A DNA stretch of 32,000 bases from Candidatus Saccharimonas aalborgensis (GCF_000392435.1 NC_021219.1:960001-992000), one strand, 5' to 3'; numbered from the stretch's first letter, positions 18,159 through 26,822 are shown. Program-made: numbers and translations. Notes: generated by a model not told the origin, from the sequence alone.

Positions 18159-18175
18159 GATAAAACAAGAGACTA

Positions 18176-18577
18176 TTAGCGTTTTGAGTATTGCTCGCGT
18201 TTGCGGGCACTGCGAAGGCCGTATTTCTTGCGTTCCTTTTCGCGAGGATCGCGCTTCATGAAGCCGGCTTTTTTGAGAACACTACGGAGATCGGGTGCAC
18301 CGACAGTGATCGCTTTTGCGATGGCAACTTTGATCGCGTCAACTTGGCCGCTGAGGCCGCCGCCGCTTACTTTGATGGTCACGTCGAAGTCCTGTTGTTT
18401 ACCGGCGACCGCGAGTGGATCGGTTACTTCTGCCATCATTGCTTTGTTGCCGCTCAGGTACTCAAGAGCTGGTTTATCGTTGATAACGATAGCTCCTTTG
18501 CCCTTTACAAGCCGTGCGCGCGCTGTTGCGCTTTTACGGCGACCGAGGCCATAGTCATATTTCTTGGTTTCAGCCAT
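18176..18577 (-). CDS. rpsI: Ribosomal protein uS9
   Basis: YGLGRRKSATARARLVKGKG...MKRDPREKERKKYGLRSARKREQYSKR. Confidence 0.97.
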   Translation of the reverse strand: MAETKKYDYGLGRRKSATARARLVKGKGAIVINDKPALEYLSGNKAMMAEVTDPLAVAGKQQDFDVTIKVSGGGLSGQVDAIKVAIAKAITVGAPDLRSVLKKAGFMKRDPREKERKKYGLRSARKREQYSKR

Positions 18578-19008
18578 TATCGTACCTCAACTTTCTCTGG
18601 TTTTTGCGCCTCATGGGTGTGCTCGCTTCCACTAAACACACGCAGTCGCGCCATACGTTCAGGAGAGAGCTTATTCTTGGGGAGCATGCCACGGACGGCA
18701 TTCTCGATAATCCTCTCGGGAAACTTTTCACGAACTTCCTTGAGCTGTGCATCTTTGATACCACCGGGGAAACCACTGTGACGATAGTAAATCTTATCAG
18801 TCTCTTTTTCGCCAGTGACAACAGTGTCTTTGGCGTTGATGACGATTACGTAGTCGCCACCGTCAACGTGGGGCGTATAGGTGGGTTTGTACTTGCCAAT
18901 GAGGTACTTTGCCACTTCTGTTGCAACACGTCCCAATGGTGCAGACGTTGCATCGATCAGAATCCAGCGCCTCGTGACATCGGCAGGTTTTTGGATAAAG
19001 GTTTTCAT
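18577..19008 (-). CDS. rplM: Ribosomal protein uL13
   Basis: RRWILIDATSAPLGRVATEVAKYLIGKYKPTYTPHVDGGDYVIVINAKD. Confidence 0.97.
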   Translation of the reverse strand: MKTFIQKPADVTRRWILIDATSAPLGRVATEVAKYLIGKYKPTYTPHVDGGDYVIVINAKDTVVTGEKETDKIYYRHSGFPGGIKDAQLKEVREKFPERIIENAVRGMLPKNKLSPERMARLRVFSGSEHTHEAQKPEKVEVR

Positions 19009-19404
19009 TTATTTTGCCTCCTTTTCAGGTTTTGGCATGGCTTTGAGCGTGTCAACAAACTCGATTGAGGCCATTTGTGTGCCGTCGCCGACGCGAATGC
19101 GCGTGCGGGAGACGCGGACGTGACCACTTGTGCGACCGCTTAACTGTGGTGCAATTTGGTCTACCAATTTGCTAGCAGCAGCTTGTGTGCTGAGACCAGC
19201 AATAACTTGACGTCGATTCGCCAGATCACCACGCTTTGCTTTGGTGATGAGTTTTTCGATATAGCGTACGAGTTCCTTGGCCTTGGGGAGGGTCGTTTCG
19301 ATCTTTTCCTCCATCACCAAACTTGTGGCGAGGCCGCGGATAAGCGCACGACGCTGGTCAGTTTCTCTGGCCAACTTGCGTCCTTTGTATCCGTGTCGAT
19401 GCAT
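19009..19404 (-). CDS. rplQ: Ribosomal protein bL17
   Basis: MHRHGYKGRKLARETDQRRALIRGLATSLVMEEKIETTLPKAKELV. Confidence 0.97.
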   Translation of the reverse strand: MHRHGYKGRKLARETDQRRALIRGLATSLVMEEKIETTLPKAKELVRYIEKLITKAKRGDLANRRQVIAGLSTQAAASKLVDQIAPQLSGRTSGHVRVSRTRIRVGDGTQMASIEFVDTLKAMPKPEKEAK

Positions 19405-20328
19405 TTAGAGCTCCAATTCTGCCAATTTATCTTTGACTTCATCGAGGGCTTTGCTACCAAAGCCCTTGAGATCACGCAAATCTTGTTCACTGAGAGTGAC
19501 TAGGTCATGCACAGTACGAATCTCGTTGTTGATAAGTGCATTGGCAGTGCGAGCGCTGAGGCCCAATTCCTCGATTGGCGTATTGAGCTCACCCTCGTCA
19601 TCTTCCTTTTGGGTACCAAGTGCTGGTGCTGACTCAACAGTGGTGCTACCGGCAAGTGCGGTGTATTGGTTAACCAGAATCGCATTTGCTTCCTCGAAGG
19701 CAGCTTGAGGGCTAATGCTTCCATCAGTCTCAATTGTAATTTCGAGTCGATTAAGGTTTGTCTCTTGTCCAACACGAGTCGCCTCAACCTTAAATCGAAC
19801 GCGTGTTACCGGGCTAAACATGGCATCAATCGCAATCATATCGCTGTGGAGGCGATTTTTGCTCGATGCTTCCATGTCGTAGTAGCCACGGCCTGCTTCG
19901 ACGACAAGATCGATGACAATCGATTTCTTAGGATCGTCAATGGTGCAGATAACATGATCGGGATTGATGACCTCAACATCTGCAGACGTCTTGATGTCAC
20001 CAGCTACAACTGGGCCTGAGCCTTTTTTCTCAAGGCGAAGTTCGACAGGATCATCTGTCTCAACTTTCAGCTTGACGCCTTTGAGGTTGAGCATGATATC
20101 GACGACATCTTCTTTGACCCCAGGAATCGTCGCAAATTCATGGGTGACGCCTTCGATACGAAATGCAACGATTGCTGCACCGCGGATACTCGAAAGCAAG
20201 ACGCGGCGAATGCTATTGCCTAGCGTATCGCCGTAACCAGCATGCAGCGGCTCGATAACAAAACTAGAAGTATTGTCGCCAGATGGCGTAACACGAGCGA
20301 GTGCTGGATTGTGAATAACTTTTGACAT
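19405..20328 (-). CDS. rpoA: DNA-directed RNA polymerase subunit alpha
   Basis: FVIEPLHAGYGDTLGNSIRRVLLSSIRGAAIVAFRIEGVTHEF...; C-terminal IEELGLSARTANALINNEIRTVHDLVTLSEQDLRDLKGFG. Confidence 0.97.
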   Translation of the reverse strand: MSKVIHNPALARVTPSGDNTSSFVIEPLHAGYGDTLGNSIRRVLLSSIRGAAIVAFRIEGVTHEFATIPGVKEDVVDIMLNLKGVKLKVETDDPVELRLEKKGSGPVVAGDIKTSADVEVINPDHVICTIDDPKKSIVIDLVVEAGRGYYDMEASSKNRLHSDMIAIDAMFSPVTRVRFKVEATRVGQETNLNRLEITIETDGSISPQAAFEEANAILVNQYTALAGSTTVESAPALGTQKEDDEGELNTPIEELGLSARTANALINNEIRTVHDLVTLSEQDLRDLKGFGSKALDEVKDKLAELEL

Positions 20329-20349
20329 AGATAGTTCTCCTTACCCTTT

Positions 20350-20967
20350 TTAGCGTGAGTAGTACTCGACGATGAGCTGTTCGTTGATATCGGCCTCTGC
20401 TTCTTCGCGCTTTGGCAATCCAGTGACCTGGATGGTGAGTTTCTTTACATCGCCTTTGAGCCAGCTGAGCGGCACTTGGGCGGTGTTACCATAAACATCA
20501 TTGATCTGAGAGAAATACCCAGACTTGGTACTTTTGGGACGCACAGTGAGCACATCGCCTGCTTTGAGACGGATCGATGGAATATCGACGCGTCGATCAT
20601 TGAGGAGAAAGTGGCCGTGGCTCACAAGTTGTCTTGCGGCGCGGCGACTAGTTGCAAATCCCGCACGGTAAACCGCGTTATCAAGACGTAGTTCGAGGAA
20701 CTGAAGTAGGTTTTCGCCGCTGAGACCTGGTCGCTTTGAGGCTTCACTCATGAGTTTTGCAAATTGCTTCTCCAGGAGTCCATACATACGACGAACTTTC
20801 TGCTTCTCGCGAAGTTGGGTTGCGTACATGCTTTGTTTGCCCTGACGGCCTCCGGCGTGCTGACCGGGAATGCCACTTTTGCGTGCCATAATCTTGTGTG
20901 CTTTTGGATGCAGTGCGACGCCTTCTCGGCGGCTCTGCTTGACAATAGGACTTCGATCACGTGCCAT
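20350..20967 (-). CDS. rpsD: Ribosomal protein uS4
   Basis: MARDRSPIVKQSRREGVALHPKAH...; ORF extends upstream to 21015 but ATG 20967 fits family length. Confidence 0.95.
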   Translation of the reverse strand: MARDRSPIVKQSRREGVALHPKAHKIMARKSGIPGQHAGGRQGKQSMYATQLREKQKVRRMYGLLEKQFAKLMSEASKRPGLSGENLLQFLELRLDNAVYRAGFATSRRAARQLVSHGHFLLNDRRVDIPSIRLKAGDVLTVRPKSTKSGYFSQINDVYGNTAQVPLSWLKGDVKKLTIQVTGLPKREEAEADINEQLIVEYYSR

Positions 20968-20968
20968 A

Positions 20969-21376
20969 TTATGCCCTCCTTGCCTTTCGTGGACGAACAC
21001 CGCCATGCGGTACACCCGTCACATCTTTGATGCTATTGACTGAAATGTCGTAGTTGCCAAGGGTACGAATCGCTGCATCGCGACCGAGCCCGACACCTTT
21101 GACGAAAACATCGACTGAGGAAAGGCCATAGCCACTCTTAGCTGCCTCAGCAGCTTTTTCGGCAGCAACTTGGCTGGCGTAGGCGGTGCCTTTTTTGCTC
21201 CCACGGAACCCACATGCTCCTGCGCTGCTGGTTGCCAAAACATTTCCCTTGTTGTCAGCAAACGTCACAATTGTATTGTTAAAGGTTGCTTGAATATGCA
21301 ACTGACCGGTCGGAACTGATCGGCGTTGCTTTTTTTTGCTGCTGGCGGTCTTGCCAGTGACTGCTGTCTCTGCCAT
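20969..21376 (-). CDS. rpsK: Ribosomal protein uS11
   Basis: GQLHIQATFNNTIVTFADNKGNVLATSSAGACGFRGSKKGTAYASQVAAE. Confidence 0.97.
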   Translation of the reverse strand: MAETAVTGKTASSKKKQRRSVPTGQLHIQATFNNTIVTFADNKGNVLATSSAGACGFRGSKKGTAYASQVAAEKAAEAAKSGYGLSSVDVFVKGVGLGRDAAIRTLGNYDISVNSIKDVTGVPHGGVRPRKARRA

Positions 21377-21394
21377 ATCTTTGCTCCTTCCTGA

Positions 21395-21781
21395 TTAGGT
21401 CTTACTTGCTGCTTTAGGTTGTGCGCCACCAACTGCTACTGCTCTACCCTTACGAGTTCGTGCGTTCGTACGAGTACGTTGACCACGTGTAGGGAGGCCA
21501 GCTTTGTGCCTGAGGCCTCGATACGCATTGATGTCTTTGAGACGCTTGATATTGTTTGTCACCTGGCGCTGGAGGTCACCCTCGGTGGTATAATCGTTGC
21601 CGATAATATCCCGAATACGTCGTTCTTCAGCCTCGGTGAGATCTTTCACCCGAGTGGTCGGCTCAATCTTAGCCGCCGCAAGGATGTCTCGAGAGTACTT
21701 GGGGCCAATGCCGTAGATATACGTCAATGCCACATGTACTTGCTTCTCTGCGGGTATAACTACCCCAGCAATTCGAGCCAT
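21395..21781 (-). CDS. rpsM: Ribosomal protein uS13
   Basis: [39 protein letters not shown]...[18 protein letters not shown]. Confidence 0.97.
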   Translation of the reverse strand: MARIAGVVIPAEKQVHVALTYIYGIGPKYSRDILAAAKIEPTTRVKDLTEAEERRIRDIIGNDYTTEGDLQRQVTNNIKRLKDINAYRGLRHKAGLPTRGQRTRTNARTRKGRAVAVGGAQPKAASKT

Positions 21782-21783
21782 GC

Positions 21784-21900
21784 TTAACCCTGCCTTTGCT
21801 TATTCTTAGGTTTTTTCTTGTTGATGACACGGAGACGACCTTTGCGCCGAACCAGCTGATCATCAGGGCTGATTTTTTTGACACTCGCACGAACTTTCAT
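21784..21900 (-). CDS. rpmJ: Ribosomal protein bL36, cysteine-free form
   Basis: Manual translation (too short for the ORF track): [38 protein letters not shown]; canonical position between infA and rpsM. Confidence 0.92.
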   Translation of the reverse strand: MKVRASVKKISPDDQLVRRKGRLRVINKKKPKNKQRQG

Positions 21901-21978
21901 GAGCGTACAAATCTCCTCCAGGAAAAACCTGTATTAGAGAGAAATCAAGTGATATCGTCTCAACTTCTCGGTTATTAT

Positions 21979-22203
21979 TTAATCACGTGCGCGGAAAACG
22001 ATTCTGCCCTTTGTGAGATCATAAGGGGTTAGCTCGACTTCCACGATATCGCCCGGTACCAGACGGATATAATGCTTGCGCATCTTGCCGCTAATATGAG
22101 CGATGATACTTAGGCCGTTTTCCAATTCCACCCTAAACTGAGTATTAGGCAGTGCTTCCACCACCTTGCCTCGCAGTTTAATAACTTCTTTGGTACTCGC
22201 CAT
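21979..22203 (-). CDS. infA: Translation initiation factor IF-1
   Basis: [67 protein letters not shown]. Confidence 0.96.
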   Translation of the reverse strand: MASTKEVIKLRGKVVEALPNTQFRVELENGLSIIAHISGKMRKHYIRLVPGDIVEVELTPYDLTKGRIVFRARD

Positions 22204-22305
22204 AGATATACAGCATTTTATTATACGGTATCATATGACAAAAGTAAACAGATTTAACAGAGAATCGCGGTATAGTTAGTCTACCGCAACTAAATTGATA
22301 GTTTT

Positions 22306-22333
22306 ATTGTAGCGAATATCGTTCGTGAGTCAA
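22306..22333 (-). promoter_or_regulatory. Putative promoter for infA and the alpha-operon genes
   Basis: Minus strand TTGACT - 16 nt - TACAAT, about 100 nt upstream of infA. Confidence 0.5.
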
Positions 22334-22352
22334 GTCAAAAGAGTGAGGATAC

Positions 22353-22381
22353 TTGACTTTTATATAAATATAGTGTAAAAT
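22353..22381 (+). promoter_or_regulatory. Putative promoter of the plus-strand gene 22435-22785
   Basis: TTGACT - 17 nt - TAAAAT. Confidence 0.55.
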
Positions 22382-22434
22382 AGTACACGAGTCCATTGTA
22401 GTTTGACAACCCCAACCCCCTGAAAGGATACCTG

Positions 22435-22785
22435 ATGGGAAAGAGATGGCCTGGCATGGGTCGCCTGCGCGCAAAGCGCAAAGCGACTGCCCAGCTCGCC
22501 GCTGCTAAGGCAGCGGCGGCGGTGAGGGCTCAGGAGGTCGTGAACGACCTCCTGTATCCCCACCAACGGGAGCACGGTACTTCGCTTCTCGAGCGGCTGC
22601 ACCCAGAGCCGCTCGACGTGTCGGATCACTCCGGCACGCCCAACCCTCGACGTCGTGTGCGCCATCGGGCAGACCGTCGGCGACGGCTGCCCGAGGCGCT
22701 TGTCACCGAGCGGCCCTGCGCCGCTCGCGGCCACCACCGTGGCTGCGAGTGTGCTGACTACGTCTGGGAGCCGCTTCACGCATGA
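22435..22785 (+). CDS. Arg/Ala-rich small protein of unknown function (atypical, GC-rich gene)
   Basis: ORF MGKRWPGMGRLRAKRKATAQLAAAKAAAAVRAQEVVNDLLYPHQREHG...CAARGHHRGCECADYVWEPLHA with AAAGGA Shine-Dalgarno, upstream promoter-like sequence and downstream terminator. No family recognised. Confidence 0.6.
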   Translation: MGKRWPGMGRLRAKRKATAQLAAAKAAAAVRAQEVVNDLLYPHQREHGTSLLERLHPEPLDVSDHSGTPNPRRRVRHRADRRRRLPEALVTERPCAARGHHRGCECADYVWEPLHA

Positions 22786-22815
22786 AGCGTGCTCCCGACA
22801 CCTACAATGGATTGG

Positions 22816-22851
22816 CCCTTACTGCACTCGCGGTAGGGGCCTTTCCTTTGC
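22816..22851 (+). terminator. Intrinsic terminator after 22435-22785
   Basis: GGCCCTTAC...GTAGGGGCC stem followed by TTTCCTTT. Confidence 0.65.
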
Positions 22852-22867
22852 AGCTACTTTCGAAATA

Positions 22868-24277
22868 TTATTTGTAATCGTCGTACGTCACCATGAGGGC
22901 GCGTGAGTTGACCTGTCGCAGAGTTTCGAGCCCCACTGTCACGACGATGAGAAGACCCGTGCCTCCAATCGCCAAATTGGCAGCGTTGAGCCCTAGTTTG
23001 ACAAAGACATACTCAATGATGAATGGCATCACGGAGATAAAGCCGAGAGCAATAGAACCAAACAGAATTAAGCGATTGACCGTCCGTCCCAGATATTTTT
23101 CGGTCTGAATCCCCGGACGCACTCCCTCGATGAAGCCACCTTGCTTTTGCAGGTTTTCGGCAATCTCATTTGAATTAAAGACGATGCCCGTATAGAAGTA
23201 CGTAAACAATATTACGAGGAGGAAATAGGCAGCCGGATAGATAAATACGCCCAGATCACCACTTGCAAAGGACTGGGCGTTTGGTGCCTGGAACCACTTG
23301 ATAAGATCGGCGCTCAGCTGAGTATACGAGGGGTTATTGGTTGCTTTGAGCACTTGACCTGCAAAGGCAGGGAGGCTGAGAAACGCGACCGCAAAAATCA
23401 CCGGGATAACACCCGCAGCAATGAGCTTGACGGGGAGGATGCTTTTGATACCGCCGTAACTCGTATTGCCAGCGACACGTTTGGCGTAGTTGATAGTGAT
23501 GATACGCTGAGCTTCATTGATTTTAACGAGGAAATACAATATAAAGAGCGATAAAAGACCGATAACAAGTGCTACCCAAAACGCCGTCGGGCTCACCGGT
23601 AGGTCAAACCAGCCAAAGACGCTTAACTTTCCTGCCGTTGTGTCCAATAGCGAGGCGATGACCGTACTGAGGGTTGCTGGTAGCTGACTGATGATACCGG
23701 CAAAAATAATGAGTGAAATACCATTACCAATACCTTGCTCAGTGATGAGCTCTCCTAGCCACATGAGGAGAATGGAACCGGCGGTCATAGCAGTGACGGC
23801 TACTATCCACTCTGTTGGTGTGGTCGTGACAGTACCGGCAGTACTGCCTGCAAGAACTGACTGGCGCAGAATATAGATAATTGCAACAGACTGAATGACT
23901 GCGAGTGGTACGGAGATGATACGCGTCCACTGGTTTATCTTGCGACGGCCAGATTCACCATCCTTATGGAGTTCTTCTAGCTTTGGGATTGCTTTTGTGA
24001 GCAACTGGGTGATGACGCTGGCAGTGATAAACGGACTCATTCCGACCAGGACGATAGACAACTGGCTGAGTGCACCACCGCTCATAAGGTTGAGGAATCC
24101 GCCGAAGTCACTTGAGCCGATCACCGTATCAATGATACTCTTTAGCTTACTCGGTTCAGCAATGGGCACAGGGATATGCGACATGAAACGAAACGCGACG
24201 ATCAGTCCAAAGACGATCAAGAGGCGTTTTTGCATATCACGGTTTTTGAGTGATCGAAGGATAATTTTCCAATTCAT
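22868..24277 (-). CDS. secY: Preprotein translocase subunit SecY
   Basis: MNWKIILRSLKNRDMQKRLLIVFGLIVAFRFMSHIPVP..., GSVLAGSTAGTV, ITYAKRVAGNTSYGG, PFIIEYVFV. Confidence 0.96.
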   Translation of the reverse strand: MNWKIILRSLKNRDMQKRLLIVFGLIVAFRFMSHIPVPIAEPSKLKSIIDTVIGSSDFGGFLNLMSGGALSQLSIVLVGMSPFITASVITQLLTKAIPKLEELHKDGESGRRKINQWTRIISVPLAVIQSVAIIYILRQSVLAGSTAGTVTTTPTEWIVAVTAMTAGSILLMWLGELITEQGIGNGISLIIFAGIISQLPATLSTVIASLLDTTAGKLSVFGWFDLPVSPTAFWVALVIGLLSLFILYFLVKINEAQRIITINYAKRVAGNTSYGGIKSILPVKLIAAGVIPVIFAVAFLSLPAFAGQVLKATNNPSYTQLSADLIKWFQAPNAQSFASGDLGVFIYPAAYFLLVILFTYFYTGIVFNSNEIAENLQKQGGFIEGVRPGIQTEKYLGRTVNRLILFGSIALGFISVMPFIIEYVFVKLGLNAANLAIGGTGLLIVVTVGLETLRQVNSRALMVTYDDYK

Positions 24278-24376
24278 ACGGAGTAATTCTGCCTGTTTTC
24301 TGTGCGTTAGATGATACTACTTTACCTACAGTATACAGGACATGTTGCTGCGGTGCTAGCGGATTGTGCCGGATAC

Positions 24377-24405
24377 TTGTACGACATGACGATCTGTTGT
24401 ATAAT
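24377..24405 (+). promoter_or_regulatory. Putative promoter of the plus-strand gene 24549-25004
   Basis: TTGTAC - 17 nt - TATAAT. Confidence 0.55.
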
Positions 24406-24548
24406 ATGGTTATTGATAGCATTCGTGGGCATGCTTGATCATTGACAAGCAAGCATGTAGCCTACGGTGCTCCTACGAACTCCTAGCTCACTCGAGCTGG
24501 TGAGAAAAAGACCCTATCAAGACGGGTCACTATGGAAGGAGTTGCCTC

Positions 24549-25004
24549 TTGCCCAAGAAGGTCAAGAATCTGTTCGGTAAGACATTCGGCTACGAAGGAG
24601 GTGTGGTCAACTTTGACGGACATATGGGCATGTTCGTCGGCGACGACAACGAACCCTTCGCCGGACGTGAGGGTGAGCAGGTGGTTCCGTACCCCATTGT
24701 TCCTCCTGCCGGGGAATCGTCGGCTCGTCGGGCACTCGTCGAGCTGGTGAACCAGACGCTTGCGTCGAGGTACGGTTCCAAGTTGGATGGAATCATCGTC
24801 AGCCCACGGATGGCACGAAACCTCTTCCTCGAGGGGCTGATCACGCCGGTCCATCTGGCTGCGGCCATCGAAGAGGCATTCGAGGGAGACCTCGTTCTCG
24901 TCATCCCGGATGTCAACATCGCTGGGCACCTCCTGTACATCGAGGTCGACAGCAACGCCGCGGTGAACTCATTCGCCATCGACCGAAAGGGGTATCTGAT
25001 CTGA
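24549..25004 (+). CDS. Hypothetical protein, 151 aa (TTG start)
   Basis: GGAAGGAG Shine-Dalgarno 7 nt before TTG; MPKKVKNLFGKTFGYEGGVVNFDGHMGMFVGDDNEPFAGREGEQVVPYP...LVLVIPDVNIAGHLLYIEVDSNAAVNSFAIDRKGYLI. Confidence 0.7.
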   Translation: MPKKVKNLFGKTFGYEGGVVNFDGHMGMFVGDDNEPFAGREGEQVVPYPIVPPAGESSARRALVELVNQTLASRYGSKLDGIIVSPRMARNLFLEGLITPVHLAAAIEEAFEGDLVLVIPDVNIAGHLLYIEVDSNAAVNSFAIDRKGYLI

Positions 25005-25023
25005 TGTCGATCCGATCGATGAC

Positions 25024-25057
25024 GAGGGGCGGCGTAGCAGTTTTTGCGCCGCCCCTC
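25024..25057 (+). terminator. Very strong hairpin after 24549-25004, possible terminator
   Basis: GAGGGGCGGCG-TAGCAGTTTTTG-CGCCGCCCCTC, perfect 11-bp stem; no T-tract directly after it. A weaker CCCC-ATAAA-GGGG-TTTT hairpin lies at about 25105-25121. Confidence 0.45.
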
Positions 25058-25134
25058 AGGGGGGTCTCCGTTACCATCGCTACACATGCTTGCTTGTCGC
25101 AATACCCCATAAAGGGGTTTTATTTATATCGTTT

Positions 25135-25569
25135 CTACGCAGCTTGTTCGGAAGCGCGACGAAACACGAGCACTGTATCTGCTTGTGCATCTCGATCTTT
25201 GCGCACAATGGGTAGGGGTAGCTCACCAGCGATCTCTTTGAGTGCTCCCGCAAGAAATAAATCTAAGTCCATTGTTCCTGAAGCAATCTGACGCCACCCT
25301 GTCTCGGAGACAACAACTTTCCCATCGAGGAAGTCTATAAGTTTCTCTGGCAAAAAGCCCTCTATTGCGCCGATAGTCTCGTCGCTCACCGTCCAACCTG
25401 CATCTCTGGCCAGATGCTCTAGGCGCCCCACCTGTGCGCCAATGAACTGCCTGCGGAGATTTCCGTACCCCTCGCGAATGGCACGTGCTAGTCGCTCACG
25501 ACCAGCTTGCTCGTAGTTGCGCCGATGTTCATTCCAATCGATCGCTATTTCGGGTACGCGTGGCATCAT
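25135..25569 (-). CDS. Hypothetical protein, 144 aa
   Basis: Complete ORF, GGAGG-like Shine-Dalgarno upstream; MPRVPEIAIDWNEHRRNYEQAGRERLARAIREGYGNLRRQFIG.... Confidence 0.65.
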   Translation of the reverse strand: MMPRVPEIAIDWNEHRRNYEQAGRERLARAIREGYGNLRRQFIGAQVGRLEHLARDAGWTVSDETIGAIEGFLPEKLIDFLDGKVVVSETGWRQIASGTMDLDLFLAGALKEIAGELPLPIVRKDRDAQADTVLVFRRASEQAA

Positions 25570-25626
25570 CTGTCCTCCAGTTTAGCTACTAACAAACTAT
25601 AGCATGCTTTGTCACACCATCTATAA

Positions 25627-25659
25627 CAAAAGTATGCGCCAATACTGCGCATACTTTTG
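25627..25659 (-). terminator. Perfect 13-bp inverted repeat downstream of rplO, probable bidirectional terminator
   Basis: CAAAAGTATGCGC-caatact-GCGCATACTTTTG. Confidence 0.6.
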
Positions 25660-25680
25660 GCAAAACCAAGCGAGTTGTCG

Positions 25681-26160
25681 CTATTTTTTATCTGTAGCTT
25701 CAGCTTCTTTGGCTGATTTTTGGATGGGTGTTGCGACTTTATCGAAACTACCACCTGCCTTTTCTATAGCAGCCACAACGTTCCTTGATGCGCCCTGAGT
25801 CTTGAGAGTGATCTTGCTCCCCAGTTCACCACGAGCGATTACCTTGACGGTATGGAACGGTGTCGCGATAAGATTTGCTTCGTACAGAGCATAGTTATCG
25901 ACGATACCCTTGAGTCCTTCAAGCCGATCAAGGTAGACAACCTGAGCTGGTGTTCGCAAACTTTTGAATCCTCGTGATTTTGGCACCGCAGTAGCGATGC
26001 CGTTTTGGCCACCCTGAAACATCGGACGCAGCTTCTTGCCAGTACGAGCATTCTGACCTTTTGTTCCGCGACCTGCTGTCTTGCCACCACCGGCAGCAAT
26101 TCCGCGGCCGACGCGCTTGCGATCCTTGTGCGTACTCATCTGGAGATCATTGTATTTCAT
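25681..26160 (-). CDS. rplO: Ribosomal protein uL15
   Basis: RKRVGRGIAAGGGKTAGRGTKGQNARTGKKLRPMFQGGQNGIATAVPKSRGFKS. Confidence 0.95.
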   Translation of the reverse strand: MKYNDLQMSTHKDRKRVGRGIAAGGGKTAGRGTKGQNARTGKKLRPMFQGGQNGIATAVPKSRGFKSLRTPAQVVYLDRLEGLKGIVDNYALYEANLIATPFHTVKVIARGELGSKITLKTQGASRNVVAAIEKAGGSFDKVATPIQKSAKEAEATDKK

Positions 26161-26822
26161 TACTTAGTCTCCTTTTTTGGCGCAACTTTTTTGGCGGGAG
26201 CTTTTTTGACAGCAGGCTTATCATCAGATTGAGCAGTCTTTTTCTCTGCAAGTGCGGCCTTTCTAGTTGTCTTTTCAGTAGTGGTCAACCATTTCTCGCG
26301 GGGAACAAGGCTCGAGAGTGCCTCAACAGTAGCGTAGGCAATGTTTACCTTGTTTGTGCTCCCGAGACTCTTTGAAAGCATGTTCCGGATACCGGTAACG
26401 CTGATAACCGAACGAACCACGCCGCCAGCAATGATACCAGTACCAGGTGCGGCCGGCTTGATGAGGACGCGTGCTCCTGAGAGCTTTACCTCAGTTTCAT
26501 GCGGAATGGTCTCGTTGACAACCGGAATCGTGACGAGATGCTTCTTGGCGACATCGGTTGCCTTGGCGATTGCTGTTTGCACATCGCTGCCTTTAGAAAC
26601 ACCAACGCCGATCTTATTTTTTCGGTTTCCTACGACGACAAGCGCCTTAAAACGAAACCGTCGGCCGCCGCTGACAACACGTGCCACACGGTCAATATTG
26701 ATAACGACTTCTTCGAACTCTTTTGGCGCCTCTGGCGTCTGGTTGCGCCGGTCATCGCGGCGACCACCACGAGCTGGGCGTGAACCCCGTGGCGTAGTTT
26801 GTGCAGTTGTATCTGCCATCAC
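26160..26822 (-). CDS. rpsE: Ribosomal protein uS5
   Basis: EFEEVVINIDRVARVVSGGRRFRFKALVVVGNRKNKIGVGVSKGSDVQTAIAKA. Confidence 0.96.
   Translation of the reverse strand: MMADTTAQTTPRGSRPARGGRRDDRRNQTPEAPKEFEEVVINIDRVARVVSGGRRFRFKALVVVGNRKNKIGVGVSKGSDVQTAIAKATDVAKKHLVTIPVVNETIPHETEVKLSGARVLIKPAAPGTGIIAGGVVRSVISVTGIRNMLSKSLGSTNKVNIAYATVEALSSLVPREKWLTTTEKTTRKAALAEKKTAQSDDKPAVKKAPAKKVAPKKETK

Noticed and set aside
22360-22779. 139-aa minus-strand ORF MKRLPDVVSTLAATVV...
   Set aside because: Antisense to the plus-strand ORF 22435-22785, which has SD, promoter-like sequence and terminator; the minus ORF lacks such signals and arises from GC-rich composition.
24590-25102. 170-aa minus-strand ORF and 24483-24929 ORF
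   Set aside because: Antisense to 24549-25004, which has SD, promoter-like sequence and terminator-like hairpin.
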